Positions 1 through 13,939 are shown, counted from the first letter of the stretch. The stretch: 64,000 nt of DNA from Harriotta raleighana (GCA_050575255.1 JBNZDD010013684.1:662087-726086); one strand, 5' to 3'. Translations and numbers: made by a program. The notes: a model not told the origin generated them from the letters alone.

Positions 1-150
1 TTTTTTTTACAAAAAAAGGAATTAGGGGATATGGGGATAGGGCAGGTAATTAGAGTTAGATCAGAAGATCAGCCATGATCTTATTGAATGGCGGGGCAGG
101 CTCGAAGGGCCGAATGACCTACTCCTGTTCCTAATTCTTATGTTCTTATG
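1..150 (+). mobile_element. CR1/HER1-type LINE 3' end
   Basis: Shark-type CR1 3' UTR (gatcagccatgatcttattgaatggcgg...gggccgaatgacctactcctg) ending in (TTCTTATG)2. Confidence 0.8.
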
Positions 151-1812
151 AATCGTATGGCCTCTTGTGCTGTAAAATACAATGATCGCCTTTCTCTCTC
201 CAACTCAGAAAACGAGTATATAATCTTGGCATTCATTTTAATCCTGAATCCTTCTTTCTTTACATTCCTGACTTTAAGACCCCCTTTTATTATAATAATA
301 ATAATCCTTACATTCATATAGCGCTTTCCACATTTTACCACGTTTCAAAGCGCTTATTCTCTTTTGTCACATTGCCCATCCCCCCCACCCCATCTCACAC
401 TAAATGCTGTCTTCGTTATGCCTTTGTTATCTCTTCACTCGATATCTCCCAAAACACTCATCCTGTTACACCATCCCACTAGCTCATACAAAACTCTATT
501 GCAGGGATCCTCATTTGCACCAAATTCTGCATTCCCATTGCCATAGTTGTCACCAGTCTCCACTGTCGTCCAAAGATTTGAAAGTTCTCACCTATAAATC
601 CCTTCATACCTTAGCATCTCCCTATCTTGCATTCCTTCATTTGATACAGCTCCTTATCATGTCTCAAAAGTGCTTGACAGGAAACACTATAAAGTTCAGT
701 GACGGTATTTTAAGGTGGCAAAACGTGACACAAATTTGTGCACAGCAGTGTCCTACAAATATGGAGTGAGTTACCAGTTTTATTTGTGGGATTTGGTCAC
801 CAAGACACCAGGAGAAACTCCTCATTCAAAATGCTGTGAAAATGCATGTTTTTTTAAAATCAAGTTTTTTGTGTTTTGATCACAGATTTAGCCTGTAAGT
901 TGCTGTTTCATTTTTAATTAAGCACCATAGGTCTGTTAGAGGGTCCCAGACAATTACCACTGCCACTTTCAGCAGCTGGCTTTAAAATTTACATTGAGTA
1001 ACACTGACTCTCATGATACTGTGCTGTAGAGGGCTCATTGGCTTTCTTTGCAGCCGAGTGGTGAATTGTTTGAAACAGATTTGGATTGATGCTTGAAAAT
1101 AGGCCTAGAAAGTGGTGATGTGGCTTGTGGAAACACACAATGGCACAGGCGTGTTGGGCTGAATGGCCTGTTTCTGCTCATTGACTTTGCAGGTGATTCT
1201 GGTTAAAGGAATATTGAAGCTTGATTCTTCTTGGAAAGCTAGTCTGGCAAATAAACAGTCCTTCATATCTACATCGCAAGGACAATCGATTTTGGGATTG
1301 CTGCCAGGACCACTTCCATAAAGATAAGATGGGAACACATGTGTTGTGTTGGCCTGGGTGGTTAGAATCAAAACTATGTCAGAGGAGATCTCCAGGCCCA
1401 ACAGCCCATGGATTTGGCTTCTGATAAATTCAGAATTGTAACTAACCCTGTTTTGGATACTTTCAGAGCAATGTCCTGCGCATTTTCAGCATTTACTCTT
1501 TTTATACTTGATTTTATATGGATGAGAGTTTTGACAGTTCATTTTGTTTTTGTGAGCATTACTTTGGGTAAAACAATCAGCAAATCTAGGTAGACATGGT
1601 AGAAGGGAAAAGGAGAAATCCCTCTTGTTATTGTAGAAACCTTTGAATTTTTAAAAAAGATTTGTATCGATGTTTGAAAACCAGTATGGGGAGTGATAAG
1701 CTGGGTCATGTGGAGAAAAACAACAGCATAGAATTGTTAGTTGAATGCCCTGTTTCTGTGCTAGTCTAATATGTTGTGGATCAGGCAATGACAATATAGA
1801 CTTGCAAGTGAG

Positions 1813-2154
1813 GGTTCTGGTCTGCTCCACATCCCCTGCCCTAACCGCCCTACCATTGGCGGCCGGGCTTTCAGCTGCTCAGCCCCCAGGCTCTGGAACT
1901 CCATCCCCCAGTGCCTTCGCCTAGCTCCCTCCCTTTCCTCTTTCAAGGCCGGTCTCAAGACCTTTCTCTTCGACCGTGCCTTCAGCTCCCCTCTCGACTC
2001 TCTACCTCCTCCTTGCTCCCACCCTCCCCCTCCCCCCTCGCCCTGAACATTTCCCCCTGCTCGGGTCTTAAATCATCTGTCCAGCGCCTTGGGACGTCCT
2101 CCTGACGTGAAACGCGCTCTATAAATGTAATTTTGTTGTTGTTGTTGTTGTTGT
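1813..2154 (+). mobile_element. Young L2-clade LINE 3' fragment with (TTG)n tail
   Basis: Encodes the ORF2 C-terminus (LWNSIP...FKAGLKTFLF); 3' stem gggacgtcctcctgacgtgaaa; (TTG)n tail; roughly 90-95% identical by eye to the reverse complement of 37830-38161. Confidence 0.9.
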
Positions 2155-3518
2155 TTCTCTCAAGGTTGTCTGTGGACAGCAGCAACTTGTTAGCAATTTG
2201 TTTGCTCTTAGAAGTCATATTTGACTAAAGTTGATGGACAAGCTGGCTGGAACATGTATAAACCTCATTTGTGTGGAACTTTGGACTACTACTTATATGA
2301 AAGTGGAACAAATGAGGACAAATAATAAACGTCTGAAAGTAGGAAGAATCTTTCTCGATTCTTTGAAAATCATGGAACTTCTTTCATGCAACTCACCCTA
2401 ACCCGTATTTTGCTTTCTCACCTGGTGCCGCTTGAAGTCATACTTAATATTTATTTATATTAATACTGCTCTGTGTTGGATAAAGAACCATGTTCGTTCA
2501 TCTGAATGTCTGAATTGAAGCATTTCTATAAGAATGTTTTGGTGAATTTATTCTATACTCCCAATCATTGTGAAGCTACTGTATAGTTCTATGCCAACTA
2601 GAAGCTTTGAGACCATTTGTAGTGTCCAAACAGATCTACAACTGCAAAAATTGTTTCATTATCAGCACTCAGCAATAGTTTATAGCTCAGGGTTACAGTA
2701 AGTGTCAGTAGGCCCTGAGAAACTGATTTGAATAAAGTTACGCTTTTTGGTTTGGTTGATGTGAAAGAAACTGTTGTAGATGTGCACAAAATAATCCAAA
2801 CACAGTGGTAGTGTGACAGTTAAATAACAGGGTGCTGTAGATGTAAGTTGTTTTTCTCAATATGTTGATAAGGTTGAAATATGTTTTCCCCACTACAATA
2901 CTAAAAGTCATTCTCGGGCACAATCATTTGTGAGGGAGCTGACCTTTCAAATAAAATTGAGGAATGTGCAGTATTCATGCTCTGCCCTCTGTTGTCTGAA
3001 TCTGGAATGTAATTCTTTGATTGGCAGAAATCCAGTCTGAGGTCAGCAGAATGAAAAAAAACACTGCTTTCTGCAAATTGACCTCCAGCACAGAAATGTT
3101 AATATTTTCAAAGAAGATGGGATCAAAAAGGTGTTTTTCCATTCACTTCCGAATATGTTGTAAAATAATTCATTGAAAACTGAAGGGCATTCAGCTTTGA
3201 GATCACTGCTTGAGACCACATTGTTGGAAGTATGGAGAGAGATACAAGAGCTTTTTTAAAAAAAAAGCAATTTTGCCAGAGGACAGAAATCCGATTACTA
3301 GAGACAGTCTTGCAGTGATGGGCGGTAGTGTTGTTGCCTTTGCACATGTCTTTCCATCATCCCATGTTTCTAAGCAAGGTTTCCATAAACATCCTGAAGC
3401 AAAAATGTTGATAGGAGTCGGAAAGCTATAGTTAACAGCAAGGGCACTGCACCACTTTACCTTGTACAAAAGTATTGGCCTTAGTACATTTGTTTGATTG
3501 TAGGAAGATTTTATCAAT

Positions 3519-4165
3519 GTAATAATAATTTTTGTATTTAATATAGTGCCTCATCATTTTATTGAGATGTCTCAAAGCACTTCACAGAATACCATAGAAT
3601 GTTACACACAGAAGGAGGCCATTTGGCCCATCGAGTCTGTGCCGGCTCTCTGACAGAGCAATGTCACTTTTATTAACCCCAATCACCAGCTTTCTCCCCA
3701 TAACCCTGCAAACCTGTCTTCCCCAGATACTTATCCAGTTCTCTCTTAAAAGCTGCTATCGAATCGAACCTCACTACCCTTTCAGGCAGATCATTCCAAA
3801 TTCGACAACTCGCTGAGTGAAAAAAATTATTCTAACCTCCCCTCTGCTTCTTTTGCTAGATATCTTAAGACTGTGACCACGGGTCACAGACACATCTACC
3901 AGCGGAAACAGCTTTTCCCTATCCAGCCTGTCAACACCTTTCATGATCTTGAAGACCTCTATCATGTCCCTGCGTAATCTTCTCTGCTCTAATGGGAAAT
4001 ATACTGTAAAGTGAAGTGACTGTAGGCAAAACGCCGGAGCCAATTGCGCTCAGCAATCTCTCACAAACAGTCGTGGATTGAGTGACCCAATTTTTTAAAA
4101 AGGGGATTACAACCCCAGAAACCGATTTGGCAATAAAGCTAATGCCCTATTTACTGTTAGGTAAA
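3519..4165 (-). mobile_element. Deu-type SINE interrupted by a CR1 3' fragment (about 3592-3997, minus strand)
   Basis: The SINE tail ends at cacagaata and resumes at aatatactgtaaagtg. The insert encodes a CR1 C-terminus (LEQRRLRRDMIEVFKIMKG...TRGHSLK...FFTQRVV). Confidence 0.85.
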
Positions 4166-5132
4166 CAACATTCATTCCTTATTAATTTGAAATACGTGCC
4201 AAAGAAGGGCAAAAAGAAGGAAGTATAATAATTCATATTTTTATATTGAGTTTTTTAAAATTATGATACGCAAATCAACAAAAGCTTCAATGGGGGTACA
4301 ATTGTGCTATTCTTAACATAATTCTGAATTATAGATGTAATTATTGAATTTCTAAATCACCTCAAATGTTAAAGATCATATAAAATTTCTAAACCATGGA
4401 ATGTGCTTGAGAGTCTTTTTATATGCTATACAATTAAGAATACATGTATATGCGTACTCATATACATATATACATGTAAGAATAATACAGTACATTTAAC
4501 AAGTGAGTACAGGTTTGAACACAACAGCAGTGCTGTGCATGGACTTTAAAAGTAGGGATATTAGGGGCAAACTTTCAATTACTGTAGTATTATTTTACTG
4601 TAGTATTATTTTATGCTACCAACAATGTTTCCAGTTTTCATCCTAATCAAAACATTGTCCACCTGCCGGCAGGTTTAGCTGGCAATTTGTATGGGAAATT
4701 AGATTAACAGCACAGCTTCAAAGTGCACCAAATGTATCAGCAGCAAAGCATCATCCAGTGTGTTGATGGCAACATTTTTAATGGTGTAAAACTGCAAGGA
4801 AAATTTAGTTAACTGGTTTGGACCTCAGACAACATTATTGTATCAAAGATATTTTCTTTTATTTACTTTGGAACAAACTGGAAACAATAGCTTCCAAACA
4901 TTCTACACTATTGATACTGCACATTTGTTCAATTGCAAACTGAATTGGTTTCTATTGTTCCCCTAGAAAGCCCTAACTTGTCCTGAGGTAGAGTTTCATT
5001 CTATGTGAATCTGAAATGAATGTTGACAGGATATTAGGTTGCAGGGGATATTCACAGCTGTGTCTGTTCATTTTCTCTGCCTATCGTCTGTACAAGGACA
5101 TTTTTCAGCAAAGCTCATTGAAGAATAATCTG

Positions 5133-5439
5133 AATAATAATAATAATCCTTGCATTTGAAATAGTGTTTTTCACATCTTCTAGAGATCTCAAAGCACTTC
5201 ACAGAATATACTGTAAAGTGAGTTGACTGTATATTTGTGGGCAAAATATGGCAGCCAATTGTGCACAGCAGTGTCCCACAAACAGTCGTGGATTGAAATG
5301 ACCAATATTATTATTGTGGTTTTTTTGGAAGGATTATTATTAGGCGTGTGGAGTAAGGAAACTTGCGCAAGGTTTCGCCCTGACCTGCCTGGATTCAAAC
5401 ACAGAAAGGCGAGTGCTCTAACCACTGAGCTACAGGACT
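5133..5439 (-). mobile_element. Near full-length tRNA-headed Deu-domain SINE with (ATT)n tail
   Basis: Minus strand reads A-box TAGCTCAGTGG, B-box-like GTTTGAATCC, Deu-like core TGTTTGTGGGACACTGCTGTGCACAATTGGCTGCC, and an L2-like 3' tail. Confidence 0.85.
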
Positions 5440-5711
5440 ACACTGAAGTTACAAACAATGGTTTAAACCCCTTTCATGTCCCATGTGTTCCTGGAAATAT
5501 TTTGGAATTATGTTGCATTCATTTTAGGTATGTGGTAATGCAGTGAATATAACTGCATTTGAAAGTGCAAGGTGCAAATATATTGTGGTTTTCGTAGCTT
5601 TTTCATACTGAGCAGCATGTATACCTGATAATTGGACGAGGACTTCTGGAAAATCAAGGTGACCCATTTAGGTCCTCGACCACGCTGAAAATAATGTCCA
5701 CGAAATAGCTG

Positions 5712-6119
5712 ATAATAGTAATAATCCTTGCATTTGATGTAGCACTTTATTGTGTCATTGAGACAACTCAAAACCCATCACAGAATATACTGTAAAGTGG
5801 ATTGGCTGTTTTGTTTCGAAATGAGGCAGCCAATTGGGTACATCTGTGAAAGAGAAAGAGTGTCATGCTCCCTCAAGGCAATGTCATCCACAGACCTGGG
5901 GTAAACTTCCACATATATACGGGTGACACCCAAATGTACTTCTCTTCGTCTTCCAGCTGTGACTAAATGCTTAATCTATTTATTATTGTTGTTATTTTTG
6001 AGAGATTAATATTAGGCTTGTGGAGTAAGGAACGTTGCCCAAGGTTTCGCCCTGCCTGAAATTGAATCTAGTTCTCTTGCTTGTAAAGCGACTGCTCTAA
6101 TCACTGAGCTACAGGACTC
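5712..6119 (-). mobile_element. Same SINE family, middle replaced by a short + strand L2 RT fragment (about 5864-5965)
   Basis: SINE tail about 5712-5840 and head about 5975-6119. The insert resembles the L2 [13 protein letters not shown] segment. Confidence 0.7.
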
Positions 6120-7019
6120 AATTTAAGACAGATAATGATCTCACGCTAACCTGTGTTCACCAGGAAGCTTACAGGGAAGTCCTGTTACCAGCCATGCACC
6201 TAGTGAGTGTTCAAACCCATGCTTTGTCAGTTAAATGTCAAATGACCAATTGGTGACAATGCTCCAGAGTGAGGGGAGGGGGGATCGATATGGAACTGAA
6301 CTAGCCCAAGGAGTCATCCCATTCAGCTCCTGTTAACCCTACAAGCCAAAGCTCTTGTGAAACAGGATGGTCTCAGCTGGGCAAGCAGTAGGAAAGCTTG
6401 CGAAGCTGTGCTTTCAATGGCATGTTATGCGGTGTTAGCTGGTTAGACTCCAGCAGTAACCCAACGTATACTCTGGGGTCCAAAGCCTTGGCTCTTGCAG
6501 CGCCTTGGGACATTCTCCTGACACGAAAGACATTCTTTAAATGAAATGTTGTTGTTTTTGTTGCCAACCAGTGCTCCAAAATGTCTAGAATGAGGTAAAC
6601 TGGATGTGTTTCTCCAGGGAGAGAGAGAGCATTCCATTCCAACAATCTATCTCGGTGATTTCCATAGTAGGTAGGATGCATTTTTGTTTTGGATACTCTT
6701 AAGCATTGTGATAAGTTTCCTCATGTGTAAGACACCGAGCTGACCAAAAAGGTTGTACAGTACATTTTATGATTGGTGTAATCCACTGAAGCCTATTTAG
6801 ATTATCAAAACTATCTAGAACATTTCCACAGTACAAAAACAGTTACATAACTCAGATAAATGTAGCTGCTTTATTGTGTCCGTCAGGAAGTTCATATTGC
6901 AATTGCCAAATGCCTATAAATGTATTGTGATCTCCATTCATGTCAGCTTGCATCACAAAAGTCTAGTCAGTTGAATTGTTTGTTACGTAATAGTTTATTA
7001 CATTAAGGCTCTGTGCGAA

Positions 7020-7510
7020 CGGAGTAGGTATATGGGAGATTCACTAGAATGATACCAGAGATAGTTATTGTTGTATGTAGAGCTACTGAAATTGGGCCTA
7101 CTTTTGCTTGACCTGAGATGGTTGAGAATTGGATCAAATAGAGGTCTTCAAAATGATGAATTATTTTGATTTGATAAATACAGAAATAGGCTGTTTCTCA
7201 TGATCAACAAATAAGTCACAAGAGGGCATGAATTCTGGATTATCACTAGGAGTAAAGGGAGGTAGAAGAAGGTGAAGTGGTACAGGGAACTAGATAATTA
7301 TTTGAAGAAGAAGAAGAATATTAAAAATATTACAAGGAAGGAGTAGCACAATGAGATTAAAGCAGATAGCCGCAGTGGGAGGAAGCGAACACTAGCCCAC
7401 TGGAAGAGGTAGACAGGATCTTGGTTTTCACATCTCATCTGAAAGAAAGTCAGACTGTGAACAATGGACTAAATGGTCTCCTTTTTGTAAATGTTTTGGG
7501 ACTTTATGAA
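7020..7510 (+). mobile_element. Old, degenerate CR1 3' fragment
   Basis: Decayed RFTRMIP...EVFKMM...TRGH segments and a CR1 terminal stem (tggactaaatggtctcc). Confidence 0.6.
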
Positions 7511-7994
7511 ATGATTGGCTTATTTACAGTACTCATGCCTGATTGTCAGTTTTCGACCAGGTCTGAGAGAATGAGCATGAGAACAAACACCAACACGTTT
7601 GATTTTTACTATAGTGAGAGTATAATTCCTCTCACGGTAAATATAGAGACTTGGGGGTTGTTCGTTCATAACAAGAAAATCTTGTTATGAATAACCATCA
7701 GCAAAATTCCTAAATTTAGTAGCAAGAGGAATTTCTCATCCAACGAGCCTTTGTAGAGCAATTTCAGTACCACAACATGATGTAATATGTTCCTTTACAG
7801 TTCTATACAATATCAGTTTCATGTGTTCCAGCTTTAAATATCTTGACTATATTTAAGAGTGAGTTCCAAAACTGCAGACCAATTAGTTTGTATATTTGTA
7901 ATTTCTTGCCAACTCCTTGTGAAATTTATCAGTTTCTCATTTACATGCGGATGGATTAAAATGTTAAAGCCAACAATGTGATTTCCAGCTTTGT

Positions 7995-8745
7995 GCTTTG
8001 AGTGAGGTCATCTGCAGACATTGGGTCAACTTCCACATGTATGAGATTGATACCGAATCTCTTTACCTCCACCCTCGATTCCAGGACCATTGCTGTCCTA
8101 ACAGAATGTTTGTCAGACACCAATTCCTGGATGAGAGCTAACTTTTTCCTGTGAACACCAAGAAGATCGAGGCCCTTGTGAATTGCTCCTGTCAGCACCT
8201 CGACATCCTAGGCACTGCCAGCATCACCATCCATGAATGCGCATTCCACCTCACTGAGCCAGTCGGAAAATTTGGCATCTTGTTTGACCCTCAACTATCC
8301 CTTCTACTCCACATTGTGCCATGATCCACTTTGTCTTCCCCCACCTCTGCAACATCGTCCAGCTCCACCACTGTAACACATCACAAGCCGCCGAGACCCT
8401 CCTAAACGTATTTGTAACATCCAGGCTCAAATTTGCAAACTTAATGCTTGTGGCCTGCACAATTCCTCCCTCAACAAGCTGCAGATCATTCAGAACTATG
8501 CCTCTCCTGCACCAGGCTCTGTGAAGCCCTCACCCCCATTCTTGCCCGACTCGACTGGCTTCCCATCATCCAGAGGATACAATTCAAGATCTTGATCTTC
8601 ACCTACAAAGCCCTCCATGGTCTTGCTGCCCCCTAACTCTGCAACCTTCTAACCTCCCACCAACCTAACCTCTCTATGCCCAGCATTTCTCAATCCCTAC
8701 TGCCTCACCCCTCTCCTGCTTCCTGTCATTTTGTTGTTGTTGAGT
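7995..8745 (+). mobile_element. Degenerate L2 LINE fragment
   Basis: Encodes ILARLDWLPIIQRIQFKILIFTYKALHGLAAP; TTG tail near 8730-8741. Confidence 0.85.
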
Positions 8746-8974
8746 TTTTTTGATTGAAAGTGGAAAGCTGTATTTGGACATCTGTTTGATATTCTAATGG
8801 CTGCTACCGGTGAAGCTATTCTTGTGTACTATTAATTAATTCAACTTCTGATCTGAACAAAGTGAGAGGGGTAGGGAAGCACTATTATTATGACATTATT
8901 TCTATGTTTCAAAGTTAAAGTTGTTCATTGTTGATTTTACTAAAATCTAAGGATAGATCACCAATATAATATCA

Positions 8975-9320
8975 TCCTTGGCTCATTTCATAGCGTTGTG
9001 GTTTGAGGTCCCACTGTGGGACTTGAGTTCATAGGCAAACTTGCCAGTGCATTTGTGGGGCAGTGCTGCAACTTTGGTAATGTAGGCTTTCGGATGAGGT
9101 GTTAAAACCAAGGTTCTGCCTACCTCTTCCAGTGGGCTTTAACAGATCCTATCACATTATTTAAAAAGAGAATGAATTTCTCCTAGTCGTCTGGTCAACC
9201 ATCCTACAGATAAATTGATCATTCTGTTCATGGATATTTGCGGGACATCACTGTGCTACTATGCTTGTCAACAAATACAATCCCTACACTCATTTAACTG
9301 CGAAGTTTGGACATAAACCA
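8975..9320 (+). mobile_element. Older SacSINE1/AmnSINE-like DeuSINE
   Basis: ctttcggatgaggtgttaaaaccaagg...agatcctatcacattatt core. Similar copies lie at about 18200-18540 (-), 23200-23460 (-), 34600-34960 (+), 51170-51540 (-), 54650-54895 (-) and 55630-55885 (+). Confidence 0.65.
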
Positions 9321-11129
9321 ATGGACATGAATCAAATTTTGGGATTTACTGGCCACAATGATTGCTTGATCAAAATATAAATATGGATCTCAGTGATTCA
9401 TGTTATTTGCTCTTCTGTTGCTCCAGAGCATTTTGGATCGATCATCCACACTGCAGGTTATTTCATTCTGTCTCAAGATAACATTACAGAGGATTATATG
9501 AACCAAAGCTAAATATAAACTTCTTCAACTTTACGTAGGAAGATCAATCTTCCACTCTTGATTATATAAGCTGAAAGATTTGTAACAGATTTATTAAAAG
9601 CTTTATTTTGTTAAACTACCCACAGATACAGATTTCTCTTTTTCATCTCCCACCAACCCCCCCCCCGAGTACAGTATTTTGTTTGGAGCCTTTGGGCCTT
9701 CCTGTATTTCTGTCTTTATGAGTTGAGTGATTCTTAATGGAATGGTTCCTATCTTTTTTTGAGTATATTATTGGATTTGCTTAAACCTAAAGCACAGATG
9801 GGTTATGGTTGCCCAGCCAGCAGTGTGAAGCACTTTTAGATGTCCTTCTGACATGAAAGGTGTTATATATTTGAATTGTATTGCCCAGTCAAGTGAAACA
9901 ATATTTAAAAATTTAGACTTTCTAAGTCTGTCTCTTTCTCAGTTTTTCTGCCTATCTTGACTGACTGTCAGTCATTCTGTCTACTGTGTTTGTGGAGACC
10001 TGATGAGTGATAACCCAAAAGTTCTCTGTTTTGGCTTCTCTTGTTTTAAAATAACCAAATTGCTGCCAACATTGCTTCTTGCATTGTCCATGTGACAGCA
10101 ATAATTTCAGAACTATCCCAGGTGGTAATTGCAGTGGTTTGGGGGGAAATTGATTGCTCCTTTCAAGAACCAGCAGATTTAATGGGCCCAGTTGTCTTCT
10201 TCTTTGCTGTTCTCCCAACGTGAAAGGCACTCTATAAATGTAATTTTGTTGTTGTTGTAACAATCATAATCCTTGCATTTGATATAGTGTCTTAACACGT
10301 CTTTGAGATGTCTCAGGGCACTTCACAGAATATACTGTAAAGTGAATTGGCTGTATATTATGTGGGCCAAACTCAGCGAATTGTGTCCCACAAACAGTAG
10401 TGGATTGAGAGACCAAATTTTGTTGTTATATTTCTATGGTTCTAAATTGACAAAAAAATTATCAACTTGAATATAAATAGGACCAGTGATTTACAGTGAT
10501 TACTACTTATAGTGATATAGTGATTATCATTTGTACAAGATACAAGCATGAAACGTTAGATGTTACAGTTCGTTACCTCTTTCTAAGCCCTATGAGACGC
10601 TTGCAAGGTGCTAAATAAATGCCAGTTTTTTTTGTTCCAATGTTGCTTTAATCATATGAATGCTTGTTTTTGAAGCATGTCAAGAATGGACTTGTAATAG
10701 CTATTTGTTAACGAAAGATATTTTACCAAACTGCACTAAAAACGCTTTAAATTATTAAATGATAGATGGGTTATGGTTGCATTGTTGGACAGAAAGTTGT
10801 AGTAAGAATACAGTACTATACAAAAACTATATAACAATAATAATTCTCGTATTTGATATAATGCCTTGTCACAGAGACAGACATCTCAAAGCACTTCACA
10901 GCACTATCAAGTGAATTGACTATGTATTTTGTGGGTGAAATGTGTCAGCCAAATTGCATACAGCATCTTTATGCTTCAACTAGATTTTTTGCTTTCAGAG
11001 CAGTGCCCTGAAAGTTTATTATATAAATATTTGAGTTTGTGTGAACCTTGTTAGGAAGTAGGGAGTATAGTCATGTACACACTTTTATCCAACAAGCATG
11101 TAATATTTCCCTAAACTTCTATGTTCTGT

Positions 11130-11600
11130 AGTCATTGTTTTGACGGAATGTCTGTTGGACAAAAAGTCCTGGATGAGAGACAGTTTTCTTCAGTTGAAAG
11201 TTGACAAGGCCGAGGATCTCCTGCTTGTTTCCTGTCAGCACCTCCTCACTTCAGGCAGCAGCAGCATCACTAACCATGGATGCACAGTCCACCTCACTGA
11301 GCCAGTAGGGAACCTTGGTGTCTTGTTTGATTCAACTGACTTTTAAACCCTATCTCGGTGCTATGACGTATTCTGCCTTGCCCCACCTCCACATCATTGC
11401 CCGCCCATGCCTTCACCTCAACCCTTGGTCTTTATTCATTATGTCCAGGCTTCACTACACTAACTCACTGCTTGCTTGACTTCCCAACTCTTTATGTTCT
11501 CTCCTGCATTAACTAAGGTTTGTGAGCCGATCAACCCTAATCCTCACCAAGTTTCTATGTCCTCCCAATCCCCCAGAGGATCAAGTTCAAGATCCAATGC
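11130..11600 (+). mobile_element. Degenerate L2 LINE fragment
   Basis: SWMRDSFLQLKVDKAEDLL...VGNLGVLFDS, a typical L2 post-RT region. Confidence 0.8.
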
Positions 11601-12265
11601 ATGGCTAAGAAATTGGTATTTTTGCCAGTCAATTCACTTTACAGTATATTCAGCGAAGCACTTTGAGATGTGTAGAAAGCATGAAAAGCGCTGTATCAGG
11701 CTTTTCCTCAAACAATAGAGCACCTTTTGGAATAGGGGCATCTATGCAGACCAGATGGGCTCCACCTAAACAAATAGCCGAGGGGGCGGGTAGGGGTGTT
11801 CGCAGGAAAAATAGATAATTTAGTAGGGAGTATTTAAACTAGGCACAGGGTAAGAGAGCACCCAAACTGATTAGGGAAAACCTTAAGGCGTACCAGTGTA
11901 ACGGATCTAATTCCAAAGGTTGATGAAAAAGAAACAACAAACTTATAAAGTAAATGGAAAAGGCAAAAAACAATAGAGCTGCACTTACATTAATGCAATG
12001 TGTGCGAATTGGATGGTCTTGTAGAGGGTGGTAGATTGGACATCATTAGCATCACAGAGACATAGTGGAATAAATCCAATCAATAGGATACGCATCTGGA
12101 AGGTTATAAACTGTTTAGGAGGGACTATATTGGGAGAAGAAGAGGCGGTATGGCATTATATATAAGCTCCATTACTGAGACACAAGTGAGGGATGGTACA
12201 AAAAAGAAAAGGACAGACACAGAATTACTTTGGGTAGAATTAAAAGATGGTAACAGAGGTAAGCT

Positions 12266-12334
12266 TGTTCAGCGCTTCGGGACGTCCTCCCGACATGAAA
12301 GGCGCTATACAAGTGTAATTTTGTTGTTGTTGTT
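12266..12334 (+). mobile_element. 69-nt L2 3'-tail insertion with 7-bp TSD inside CR1
   Basis: GTAAGCT at 12259-12265 and 12335-12341 flanks the L2 stem plus (TTG)n. Confidence 0.85.
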
Positions 12335-13939
12335 GTAAGCTATTACTGCTATAAACCCCAAAACCAAGGTGAAAACCATGATCTGGAACTATGGGATGAG
12401 ATAAGGAAAGCTACTAGTAATGTATCAAACATAGTGGTTGGTGATTTTAACTTCACCAAAATTGATTGGGATAATAATGTGTCTACTGGTAAGATAGGGA
12501 AAGGGTTTGTATAGTTAAATGAAGATTGTTTTATGACTTTGTTTGTGAAAGAGCCAACAAGGGGAGATAAAATCTTGAGATTTCTCCAACATAAAGATGG
12601 GAGAAGCATTAAGTAATAGCAATCACAATGCAATCACATTTGACATCACAAGAATTCTAAAAAGCCCAAGAAAACTTGCCAAATTTCAAGATGACGGACT
12701 ATGTGCTTGAGAAGTATGGTCGGAGTGGGCCTGGCAGGCTTAAATATGGCAATGGGAGTGAAGGACCTATGGAGTTCCTTCAAGGAGACGATTATGAAGG
12801 CAATGGAGCAATGTATACTCATGAGAAGCAAAGGTACCAAGCAAGCTTAAAGGCACTCCTGCCTCGTTGGACGGTGCTACAAAGCAAATCATAAAGCATT
12901 TAGGGCCATGAAGGAAAATGGCATGGGATAAGTCAGAGTCAATACCAGAAGGCATGCCAGGAATACAAAAAAGGCATCAAAATGCAAAGAAAAGCTTTGA
13001 ATTGGATATGGCAACAGATGTGAGGTACAATAACAAAACATTTTTAGTTATGTTAAGAGTAGAAGAAGAACAAGCAATGGAATAGGGCCACTGAAGGTGG
13101 ATTCGGGAGACATCATGACACATAATGCTGCACAGGCTGCAATAGTAACAGCAACATTATATTTGTATAGTGCTAAACATGTTTTTTACATCAGTCTTTA
13201 TCAAGGAGGAGACGGGTAACCTATCTGAACTGGAAAGAGAACTCAATGATTTTGCAGAAAAAGGTTGTATCACTACCAGCTGCATAAATGTAAAGTAAAT
13301 AAATCTCAGGGGCTAGATGAATTGTATCCTAGGATCCTTAAGGAATTAAAGGAGGAAGTTTGCAGAAACGCTGGCACAAATCGTTCAAAAATCACTGAAT
13401 ACTGGAGAAGTGCTGGGGTACTGGAGAAAGTAAAAAAAAAAACTCCTATTTTTAAGAAAGCTAACAAAAGTGACCCAGGAATCTACAGACCAGAAAGTTT
13501 GAGGTCTATTGTGGATAAAATTATTAAGGCTAAAATCATGGAGCATCTAGATAGAAATAAATGATAAGACAATATGGGTTCATGAAGGCAAGGCCAATCT
13601 AATTTACTGGTTTCCTTTGACAGTGTGACAAGAGAACTTGGTAAGAGTAAGACTGTGGATGTTGTATATCTTGATTTCAGTAAGGTCTTTGATATAGTGC
13701 TTCTTTGAGAGGTTGTTACTGAAAGTAAAGAAAGCAGGAATCATTGGAGGTATATTACAATGGATACGGACCTAGTTGATTGTGGAACCAGGAGAGAATA
13801 TCATCAGACTGGAAAATGTTTACAAGTGGTGTTCCACAAAAAGTTTGTTTTGGGATCTCCGAACTACGAGTAGCAAGCATAGTGGATAAGTTTACAGATG
13901 ACACCATGCTATTGAAGGTAGTAGATTGCGAAGATGAAC

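Noticed and set aside
891-899. GCCTGTAAG (Ala-Cys-Lys) resembling the recalled RNF38 first exon MACK
   Set aside because: No in-frame ATG, no donor after the Lys codon, and no CpG-island promoter context.
5380-5439. tRNA-like A/B boxes (also about 6060-6119, 14225-14290, 35650-35712, 52430-52488)
   Set aside because: These are SINE heads joined to Deu cores and tails, not cloverleaf tRNA genes.
9995-10028. CTGATGA followed by a possible hammerhead layout
   Set aside because: Stem II is mismatched, GAAA is absent, and there is no PLE-like flank.
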